From NCBI RefSeq assembly GCF_964355755.1, contig NC_092670.1, positions 23,484,795-23,548,794 of the forward strand: DNA of 64,000 bases, read 5' to 3'. A model generated the notes under the pieces. The model did not search any database. It saw only the letters and a list, made by a program, of their open reading frames with translations, and had not been told where the DNA came from. This document shows positions 1 to 11,500 of the stretch, in pieces. The stretch comes from Antedon mediterranea. Its lineage: Eukaryota > Animalia > Echinodermata. A program made the translations under genes and the position numbers. Position 1 is the first letter of the stretch. Each line of letters opens with the position of its first letter.

Positions 1-1598
1 TATAGATAATGAATTAACCACTGTAATAAGCAATGAGGCCGTTTTTCTATGTTAAAGCATTGTGTTCATGTGGTATCATTTTGAGTATGTAACACAATGC
101 ATTTATACAGTAATGAATAAACCACTTCAATAAGCAATGAGGCCGTTTTCCTATGTTAAAGCATTGTGTTCCTGTGGTATCATTTTGGGTATATGGAACA
201 CAATGCATTATAGGCTAATGAATAAACCACTGTAATGAGGCCGTTTTCCTATGTTAAAGCATTGTGTTCCTGGGGTATCATTTTGGGTATATGGAACACA
301 ATGCATTATATATAATGAATAAACCACTGTAATATGAGGCCGTTTTCCTATGTTAAAGCATTGTGTTCCTGGGGTATCATTTTGGGTATATGGAACACAA
401 TGCATTATATTTGATGAATAAACCACTGTAATAAGCAATGAGGCCGTTTTCTATGTTAAAGCATTGTGTTCATGTGGTATCATTTTGGGTATATGGAACA
501 CAATGCATTATATATAATGAATAAACCACTGTAATAAGCAATGAGGCCGTTTTCCTATGTTAAAGCATTGTGTTCATGTGGTATCATTTTGAGTATGTAA
601 CACAATGCATTTATACAGTAATGAATAAACCACTTCAATAAGCAAAGAGGCCGTTTTCCTATGTTAAAGCATTGTGTTCCTGTGGTATCATTTTGGGTAT
701 ATGGAACACAATGCATTATAGGCTAATGAAAAAACCACTGTAATATGAGGCCGTTTTCCTATGTTAAAGCATTGTGTTCCTGGGGTATCATTTTGGGTAT
801 ATGGAACACAATGCATTATATAATGAATAAACCACTGTAATATGAGGCCGTTTTCCTATGTTAAAGCATTGTGTTCCTGGGGTATCATTTTGGGTATATG
901 GAACACAATGCATTATATTTGATGAATAAACCACTGTAATAAGCAATGAGGCCGTTTTCCTATATTATAGAATTGTGTTCCTTGGGTATCATTTTGGTTA
1001 ATGGAACACAATGCATTATATATAATGAATAAACCACTGTAATATGAGGCCGTTTTCCTATGTTAAAGCATTGTGTTCCTGGGGTATCATTTTGGGTATA
1101 TGGAACACAATGCATTATAGATAATGAATTAACCACAGTAATAAGCAATGAGGCCGTTTTCCTATGTTAAAGCATTGTGTTCCTGGGGTATCATTTTGGG
1201 TATATGGAACACAATGCATTATATTTGATGAATAAACCACTGTAATAAGCAATGAGGCCGTTTTCCTATATTATAGAATTGTGGTCCTGTGGTATCATTT
1301 TGGGTATATGGAACACAATGCATTATATATAATGAATAAACCACTGTAATATGAGGCCGTTTTTCTATATTAAAGCATTGTGTTCCTGGGGTATCATTTT
1401 GGGTATATGAAACACAATGCATTATATATAATGTTTAAACCACTATATAACAATAAAGAGCAATGAGGCCGTTTTGCTATGTTATAGCATTGTGTTCCTG
1501 GGGTATCATTTTGGTTATATGGAACACAATGCATTATATATAATAAATAAACCACTGTAATATGAGGCCGTTTTCCTATGTTAAAGCATTTTGTTCCA
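1..1598 (-). repeat. Tandem satellite, 99/104-bp unit, left arm (runs off window start)
   Basis: About 15-16 units of aatgcattatatataatgaataaaccactgtaat(aagca)atgaggccgttttcctatgttaaagcattgtgttcctggggtatcattttgggtatatggaacac; exact reverse complement of the unit at 2614-4858. The repeated 33-aa ORF motif equals the 99-bp period. Confidence 0.95.
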
Positions 1599-1603
1599 TA
1601 TAA

Positions 1604-1826
1604 ATGTTCCATATAGGTTGCTCCATCCATATTGCAAAAAAAAAATAACTATCGAGCCATATCACTGATTTTTTAAATTTACGTTTTTACAAAATGTACA
1701 CTTATGAAAGACCATACAATTCCAAAGCATTTTTTAAACCTAATAAAGATTTTGAAAAAAAAACCAACAAAAAACGTTCATGAATGAAATTTTGTTTCTG
1801 TGAATAGAGCAACCTATATTGAACAT
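1604..1826. repeat. Short inverted repeat pair in the spacer between the satellite arms
   Basis: atgttccatataggttgctc (1604-1623) vs gagcaacctatattgaacat (1807-1826): 19/20 reverse-complement match; shares tgttccatata with the satellite unit. Confidence 0.7.
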
Positions 1827-2613
1827 ATAAAAGAAGTTTCAAATGTTTTTAAATTCGAAAAGTATTTTTTATCGATGTTTTTTGTATATGTTTTTAAGCA
1901 AAATTCTATCCATAACCTAATTTTTAATGTTCAATGTGATATTTATTGAAGTGCTTTGAATACGCTGATGAAATTTGGAGGTATGAAACTTTGTTAGGAG
2001 TAGAATCAGCTTCCAGCATTAAATGTTAAAAATATGTTTATATTACTCATTAATTAATAATAATTATTAATAAATTAATAGAAAACTAGAGAGGGCGCTT
2101 TTCGACAAGGAAATGAATGTTTTTTTATGTGTGTTATTTTTCCGCTCGAGTTTATTCAATGTACTGTAATATACACTGTTACATACTATTTTATTGGGAA
2201 GTAATTATTTTTGTGTGAATCTTCTTGGAGTTGTTTGAAAGCCTATCCGCTTACTTCTTTTCTTCAGAAAACATCTAATTTAGGTCTTAAAGTGACAAAA
2301 ATAAACCAGATTTTGCCCACACACACTTCATCTCCTGAACTAACATAGTACAGTATAAGTCAAATTAATTGTTTTACATTTTTTTTATTGAAATCAATCT
2401 GCCTCAAAAAATATTATAATAGTAACAATAACAGAAAGGTAGATAGGTATTTTTATAATTTTTAAATTTAAAAATGTAAACAAAAAAACAACTGAATAAA
2501 TGTTTATACATACATTATAAATGAAATAAAATAACTACTATTTTAGTAATGCATACACAAGTACAGAATATCAGAAATCAATGAATTATGTTTCTAAATA
2601 TGGCATTATTAGG

Positions 2614-4858
2614 CATAGGAAAACGGCCTCTTTGCTTATTGAAGTGGTTTATTTATTACTGTATAAATGCATTGTGTTACATACTCAAAATGATACCCCA
2701 GGAACACAATGCTTTAACATAGGAAAACGGCCTCATTGCTTATTACAGTGGTTAATTCATTATCTATAATGCATTGTGTTCCATATACCCAAAATGATAC
2801 CCCAGGAACACAATGCTTTAACATAGGAAAACTACCTCATTGCTTATTGAAGTGGTTTATTCATTATACTGTATATAATGCATTGTGTTCCATATACTCA
2901 AAATGATACCCCAGGAACACAATGCTTTAACATAGGAAAACGGCCTCATTGCTTATTACAGTGGTTTATTCATTATATATAATGCATTGTGTTCCATATA
3001 CCCAAAATGATACCCCAGGAACACAATACTTTAACGAGGAAAACGGCCTCATTGCTTATTACAGTGGTTTATTCATCATATATAATGCATTGTGCTCCAT
3101 ATACCCAAAATGATACCCCAGGAACACAATGCTTTAACATAGGAAAACGGCCTCATATTACAGTAGTTTATTCATTATAGTGTATATAATGCATTGTGTT
3201 CCATACCCCGATACTCCAGGAACACAATGCTTTAACATAGGAAAACGGCCTCATATTACAGTGGTTTATTCATCATATATAATGCATTGTGTTCCATATA
3301 CCCAAAATGATACTCCAGGAACACAATGCTTTAACATAGGAAAACGGCCTCATATTACAGTGGTTTATTCATCATATATAATGCATTGTGTTCCATATAC
3401 CCAAAATGATACCCCAGGAACACAATGCTTTAACATAGGAAAAGGGCCTCATATTACAGTGGTTTATTCATTAGCCTATAATGCATTGTGTTCCATATAC
3501 TCAAAATGATACCCCAGGAACACAATGCTTTAACATAGGAAAACGGCCTCATTGCTTATTACAGTGGTTTATTCATTATATAATGCATTGTGTTCCATAT
3601 ACCCAAAATGATACCCCAGGAACACAATACTCATAGGAAAACGGCCTCATTGCTTATTACAGTGGTTTATTAATTATATATAATGCATTGTGTTCCATGT
3701 ACCCAAAATGATACCCCAGGAACACAATGCTTTAACATAGGAAAACGGCCTCATTGCTTATTACAGTGGTTTATTCATTATATATAATGCATTGTGTTCC
3801 ATATACCCAAAATGATACCACAGGAACACAATGCTTTAACATAGAAAAACGGCCTCATTGCTTATTACAGTGGTTTATTCATCATATATAATGCATTGTG
3901 TTCCATATACCCAAAATGATACCCAAGGAACACAATGCTTTAACATAGGAAAACGGCCTCATTGCTTACAGTGGTTTATTCATCATATATAATGCATTGT
4001 GTTCCATATACCCAAAATGATACCCCAGGAACACAATGCTTTAACATAGGAAAACGGCCTCATTGCTTATTACAGTGGTTTATTCATTATATATAATGCA
4101 TCGTGTTCCATATACCCAAAATGATACCACATGAACACAATGCTTTAACATAGGAAAACGGCCTCATTGCTTATTACAGTGGTTTATTCATTATATATAA
4201 TGCATTGTGTTCCATATACCCAAAATGATACCACAGGAACACAATGCTTTAACATAGGAAAACGGCCTCATTGCTTATTACAGTGGTTTATTCATTATAT
4301 ATAATGCATTGTGTTCCATATACCCAAAATGATACCCCATGAACACAATGCTTTAACATAGGAAAACGGCCTCATATTACAGTGGTTTATTCATCATATA
4401 TAATGCATTGTGTTCCATATACCCAAAATGATACCCCAGGAACACAATGCTTTAACATAGGAAAACGGCCTCATTGCTTATTACAGTGGTTTATTCATTA
4501 TATATAATGCATCGTGTTCCATATACCCAAAATGATACCACATGAACACAATGCTTTAACATAGGAAAACGGCCTCATTGCTTATTACAGTGGTTTATTC
4601 ATTATATATAATGCATTGTGTTCCATATACCCAAAATGATACCACAGGAACACAATGCTTTAACATAGGAAAACGGCCTCATTGCTTATTACAGTGGTTT
4701 ATTCATTATATATAATGCATTGTGTTCCATATACCCAAAATGATACCCCATGAACACAATGCTTTAACATAGGAAAACGGCCTCATATTACAGTGGTTTA
4801 TTCATCATATATAATGCATTGTGTTCCATATACCCAAAATGATACCACAGGAACACAG
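2614..4858 (+). repeat. Tandem satellite, 99/104-bp unit, right arm (inverted relative to 1-1598)
   Basis: About 22 units; period 104 bp (e.g. 4021 to 4125) or 99 bp when tgctt is missing; each unit has a 12-bp stem gcattgtgttcc/ggaacacaatgc with a 22-nt loop. Confidence 0.95.
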
Positions 4859-5550
4859 TACTTTAATTTCACTATGGTTACTTAATTTTACTTAATCTTT
4901 ATTAATACAAATATATTGATTTCCAAAGTGGTTCACAAAAGTTCTACAAAACTAAATGAAAATGATACACATTAATAAAACGCAAATTCAAGAAATGTTT
5001 CTACACTTCATACAAAAGAAAACTTTTAGAGGAAATCATGGAAGTGAATTGGATTAACACATCTACTTTGCAGAAAATGTAAACAAATAATACTGTAACT
5101 GAATTGATAAGCACTGATCCCTTTAAACTTTACTATAAAACACTATCAATTACGAAGGGAAAAAAAACATGTTTCCACTACTTGATAGAGAGTAGAGAAT
5201 GCTCGATTGTCGAAATGACGCTCTCCCTCAATATCCAATCACATCTTCCTTTAAAACTCCCTAAGTTGTTAATAATCAATGTCCATGAGCATGTTCATGT
5301 CTTCATTTTGACGGTCCGAATATAGCTCCTGGAGCTCTGTATAAAGTAGATGTATTATTGAGGGCGCTGTTGTAAATGATAACTTTTTGAATACGGTACA
5401 TGGCGGTGTGAACGGTGAACTAGTGTAGACCCTAACTAGGCCTACCGTTTTCTTGTAAACAAAATAGAAATGCGTTATTAACAATATAATAAAGAATATG
5501 CTTTAAACTTGTTGACAACATATATAACGATATACACTGAAACCTTAACT

Positions 5551-8500
5551 ATGTCGAAAAGTATGTAAAGCATTACATTTTTGTAATTTAATAATTGTAG
5601 GCCCTACTACCTAGAGGCAGCAGGCAGGGAGGGGAGGGGAGGGCTAGCTAGTTAGGGCTAGGCCTAGCCCTAGCGGCTAGCCCTAGGCCCTCCCTAGGCT
5701 AGCTAGGGCCTAGGCTGACCAAGCTAGCTACTGGGCTAGGCCCTAGCTAGCCTACCTATTAGGCCTAGCTAGGTTAGATTGGTGGTACGCGAGCGTACCA
5801 TTTAGATTTAGCCTAGGCCTAGATCCGATCGATTGATCACTCCTGTACCATCTGCTGGGTCCGATCGCTTCGCTCGTGTACCATCTAGGGCCTAGCCTAG
5901 GTTGTGCCCACATGTGGTTCTCAAATACAAAGTGTAGGCCTAGGCCTAATTTCAACGTAAAAAACTGGCGATTTTAAATGTAAACGTACCGTACCGTAGG
6001 AATATAGTATAGGCCTAATACGTGTTTGCAGGAACGAAAATAGAAATGGTCGAGCGGTTAAGGCAGGGGCGCCGTTTACTGTACCTGTTATGCGCGATTT
6101 GAACGATTTGCGCAATTTGAAATTGCGCAAGTTGATTGCGCAATTTGAAATTGCGCAAAGAATTCTTGCGCAATTTAAAATTGCGCAAGGATTTTTTTGC
6201 GCAATTTCAAATTGCGCAATCAACTTGCGCAATTTCAAATTGCGCAAGAAAATCTTTGCGCAATTTTAAATTGCGCTGCACAATTTGTAAATTGCGCAAG
6301 ATAGTTCTTGCGCAATATGACACCTTTGCGCAATTTGAAAACGAACTGTAAATTTTCCCATACATGGCTAGGCTAGGCCTAGGCAGAGGAGTTTAAAATT
6401 TAGTATTTTATTATATAAATAAGACCATTTCAATGAAGATAATGTTTAAAACTCACTTTTTAAGTTTTTAATATTAGTTTAAGCTAGGCCATGTAACCTA
6501 GTCAGTATCAGTAGTCCAGACCCTAGCTAGGCTAGAGTAGTATAGACGGCCGCCCGCGCCGCGCCCGCCTGGTGGAACACCACCGCTTCGTTTCCCTTCG
6601 TCGGTTCTTCGACGGTATGCTAACTTATAACAATATTTGCAGTACTAAAATAAGGAAATGCGATATTTATCTTTAAGTTTGAATCATTCTTAGAAATTAC
6701 TATAAAAATATGGGTGTGCATGATTTCACAATCTGTCGAAAAACCTTGCGCAATTTGCAGATTACTTGCGCAATTTAATACGTTGCTTGCGCAATTTGAA
6801 ACACATGTTTCAATTCAAATTGCGCAAGGATTTTTTTTGCGCAATTTCAAATTGCGCAAATCGTTCAAATCGCGCATAACATACCTAAAGAGAAAACAAT
6901 ATCAGCATGGGTTCGAGGCTGACTCGCTGACTCGCTCCCAGTTCTGGTAGTGGAAGTCTTCTCAGATAAGGACTATAAACTGTAGGTCCAATGTACACCT
7001 GTTATAATCTGTGTGCACTAAATTAATTATCTAGCAAAACTTAAAGATGTATTGTCCCTTTAAACTTAGAAAATTAAGAACAAAATATTCTAAATTTAAA
7101 TTGGCCATATCAAAGTAATATTAAAGTTATTCACTTTAAGTCGAAAATTCGAGCCAAAAAAAAAAGTAAACAAAGATTTCAAACCACGAGTTATAGGATT
7201 GTTTACAACTCGTCACGGTTGAGAAGGTGTTTTCACACAGATTGTGAGGAAGTTTTATGATTATGCATACAGAGTAGCCAAACAAGCACGTTGCATTATG
7301 AGATATATTTTGATCGAAAACTTTGACTGGAAGTCAAAGTTATTTTTTTAACAAAAAAACGTCTGTATTTACAGTTAAATGATTTTTTACTTTAAAATGA
7401 CCAACTTTTTTTTTTGAAATATTTTATTTTTTTGGAAATTAGTCAAAGGGACAATACATCTTTAATTTAGTAAACAGTGTTACATCATATGATTAAAATC
7501 AGTACTGAAAGTATAAACCAACATAATATATACACCATTGAATACAAATTCTAGAAGTAACGCACGATTTACCAAGTTTTGCCCTTACATAAATTTATAT
7601 ATAGATTAGAAGCAGTTAGTTTAACTTTAAGGAAGGAGGCCAGCTAAAACCGCCTAGCTAGTCTAGCTTAGCCTAATAATTAGCTAGGATAGCTAGGCCC
7701 TATTCTATAGAATTAGCCGGCCAGAGCAGAGGGCGTATATCTAAATCTAAGAGGCCCCTCCTAGCTAGCTAACCTAACCTGAATGTTAATACAGTATTAC
7801 TGTATTTATACCATACCATATTAAATTATGTGTTTTGATGTTTATAGTTTGGCAGCATCCATTTGTAAATATTTTTAAGCACTATCATATCGAAGAATGG
7901 AAAAAGTCAAGCAAAGAAGGAGAGGTGATATCAGTAATGGTAAGGCAACCCTTGCTGTAATGGCACCAGGTACTGTTTTAAACCAAAACCCCTCCCCAAT
8001 AACAATAATCAGATTGACTGGATTACAGTGTGATGTTTTGTTTTAAATTTTAAGATGTACATTGTCATGAAAATTGTAATTATTATTTAATAAATTTATT
8101 GCCTTAGAATTGATAGCTTACCTTTATTTAAATCTAAAATTAAGAAGTTTAAAGTACTTTGAATTGTTCTTGCTGTCTTGTGTTGCTACATATGTTCCAT
8201 TTTGTAAGTGGCAGGCTACTGAGTGTGAATTGAAATAACAAGAGAAAAAATTTTATAAATAAAAATGAATAAACAGAAATTGCAAAAGTTATGTACATTA
8301 TTTATTTGGTAGATAGCCTAATTCTTGTTTTATTTATTTTCTTTTCTAACTTAAAAGTAAATTTCGGCTCTAAAACACATAATATTTCCTTTTTTTCAAC
8401 ACAGGACAAAACTTTGAAATGCACTGTATACCGCATAACTGGTTCAATCCCTGCAGGCAACTACATCCAACTTCCACAGACATCCACCCAGTCATTGGGA

Positions 8501-11500
8501 TTGACCGGTCGCTACCTCTACCTACTTTTCCGACCAGCTGGTGGAAAATATTTTGTAGTCCATCTGGATGTGGTGACAGATGATGATCTTGTTGTCCGGA
8601 TTTCTTTTTCAAATCTTTTCAAGGAGTTTAAGAGTTCTTCAACTTGGCTACAGCTTCCGTTTGTTTGCAATGCAGGAAAGGATTCTATTGACCACTACAC
8701 AGCACCTGCAGATAAGCAAGGTTAGAGACAAAATGTAAATTCTATTTATGGGTCTCAATTTACAAGAAACCGTAAAAAGGCAGATTAAGTCCTGTAGAGG
8801 GCCTGCTCCGGTTCCAGCGGCAGCACTGCAAATAAAATGTGTGTCAATGTTTCTTAGCAAAATGTGCCAATTGAGTAAAAAGATCATTCTAAGCATGCTC
8901 ATGTGTTTCTGAATGCGCAGAATTATCTTTTTACTTGATAGCTGCGTGGCACGTCATAAAACCAAAAAGTCACTAATACTTTACGGGCGAATCTGAACTC
9001 GAGCAGGACTCCGAGCGAAGCAGGTGTGAAATACGCTTAATGCCTGGGAAAAGATTTATACAGTATAGGAAAGATGTTTATGCTTTAGTTTTATCACACA
9101 TACTGACTTTACACACACAAAACTGCAACCACTTAAATAAGTGAATATCAATCAAATACAATCCTTATAATACAAATGATTCAATCAAAATAATACTTTT
9201 AATTACAGTGAGACATGGTCCAGCACCTAATACCACCAAATGGACAGTACTCGTACTTGATTTCCAGTACATTCTTTCCATGTACCTAAATCGCAAATAT
9301 GCATACCTCAAGAACATTCGGCTTTGTGCTAACCTCGCTGTGAAGAACATGTTTACGAGCGACATGCAGTATGAACCAGGTATAACACTGAAGAAGGCAA
9401 AGGATGCTGGGCTACTAGCCCATGGGGTTGCCCCAATACCAAGAGACATGATGTTTCATGTTCCAAAAGGTCAAAATTGGTATGACCTCTATGATTATAT
9501 AAGGTATGTCGTTTTCTCAGTATTTTTATTAAATTTTTCAATAAAAATTCATTATCCTGACAATAGTGAAATTGTGTGATAGACTATGAAAATATATGAT
9601 TACTGTATATATGTACAGTATTTATTATTTATGTTCACAAATAAATAAAATGTAACAATTCTTTGTAAAACAATGTGGTAACAAATTGTGTGCCTTGCAT
9701 TTGATGTAAACTTCTAAAGAAATATTTAACAAAGGTTATTCAATCATAATATGTGTAAAGGAGTATTTTATTATATTAATGTTATTCTAACAACTTTAAT
9801 AGATCACACTCAACATTTGGAATAAATGTTATACAAGATGTGTAGCCATCAGGCATTGACAAGTGTTAATGCAGTATGTGAACGCTTATTAACAAGTATG
9901 TTACAATTTGTTGTAGGTTCCCAGTATCAGCATCAAAAGTACCATTTGACTCCATACAAGTAGCTGCCAGCACAAGGATTGCCTCTAGCCCACAAAAGCA
10001 GCCTCCTCCACTAGGAACTCTCAGTCCACAACGAGTAGAATCTAAGCAAGTGCATGTAAGATATGAGATAATTTATCTATATTTTAAAAATAAGTTTGAA
10101 AATGGTACATCTACCTTTTTATAATAAAGAACATCAGACAATAATTTTAGATGTGTATGCGTATATACACTACTTAAAGTAAGGTTTGTAGTACACTGTG
10201 TGTTTCCAAAAAAAAGGAAATAAAGTAAGGCTGTCTCTATTGTTATGCTACCACTACCATGGAGAATAGGCTTAAGGTTCTCCAGAAGGTTCTCCGGTGG
10301 AAACATAGAGAAATTCTCAACCATATTTTATTTCTTTGTGGAAACACATGATGTACCACAAACCATACTTATTCACTTATTTACAATGCAAACCTTTTAC
10401 TGTATGTATACAGTTATCAAGTATCAAGTAATAAGTCATCAAAATCACTATTTTTTTTATAGAATTGTTCTTGTTTCTATTCCATTACAGGTTGACAAGA
10501 AAACTGATGAACGTGTTACTCAAATGGATAATCTTACCAAGCCAAAGAAAGAGCGGAAACGCCGTCCCAAGGTGACCGCTCAACTACCTACCGTGAACTT
10601 ATCGAGTAAAGACCCATCGGTTCATGTAGGAGAACAAGGAGAAGTGCATGTGTTTGCTAAGGATCAGGATAATGTCACTTTACATAGGCATGATGCTGCA
10701 TCAGGATTAGTGAGTACATTATCTCATTTACATAGGCATGATGCTGTATCAGGATTGGTGAGTACATTATCTCATTTACATAGGCATGATGCTGTATCAG
10801 GATTGGTGAGTACATTATCTCATTTGCATAGGCATGATGCTGCATCAGGATTGGTGGGTACATTATGTCATTTACATAGGCATGATGCTGCATCAGGATT
10901 GGTGAGTACATTATCTCATTTACATAGGCATGATGCTGTATCAGGATTAGTGAGTACATTATCTCATTTGCATAGGCATGATGCTGCATCAGGATTGGTG
11001 GGTACATTATGTCATTTACATAGGCATGATGCTGCATCAGGATTGGTGAGTACATTATCTCATTTACATAGGCATGATGCTGTATCAGGATTGGTGAGTA
11101 CATTATCTCATTTACATAGGCATAATACTGTATCAGGATTGGTGAGTACATTATCTCATTTAATAGGCATAATGCTGTATCAGGATTGGCGAGTACATTA
11201 TCTCATTTGCATAGGCATGATGCTGTATCAGGATTGGCGAGTACATTATCTCATTTACATAGGCATGATGCTGTATCAGGATTGGTGAGTACATTATCTC
11301 ATTTGCATAGGCATGATGCTGTATCAGGATTGGTGAGTACATTATCTCATTTACATAGGCATGATGCTGTATCAGGATTGGTGAATACATTATCTCATTT
11401 ATATAGGCATGATGCTGTATCAGGATTGGTGAGTACATTATCTCATTTACATAGGCATGATACTGCATCAGGATTGGTGGGTACATTATGTCATTTACAT

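Noticed and set aside
208-3509. Short repetitive ORFs MHCVPYTQNDTPGTQCFNIGKRPH..
   Set aside because: By-products of the 99-bp unit being a multiple of 3; repeatedly broken by 104-bp units.
1-4858. CRISPR-like appearance of hairpin-bearing repeats (also 49981-50358 and 45095-45280)
   Set aside because: Units are contiguous with no unique spacers, there are no cas genes, and the DNA is eukaryotic with spliceosomal introns.
6047-6062. ATGGTCGAGCG|gttaag as the WDR90 first exon
   Set aside because: Phase 2, incompatible with the phase-1 acceptor at 7848; 5551-5560 fits.
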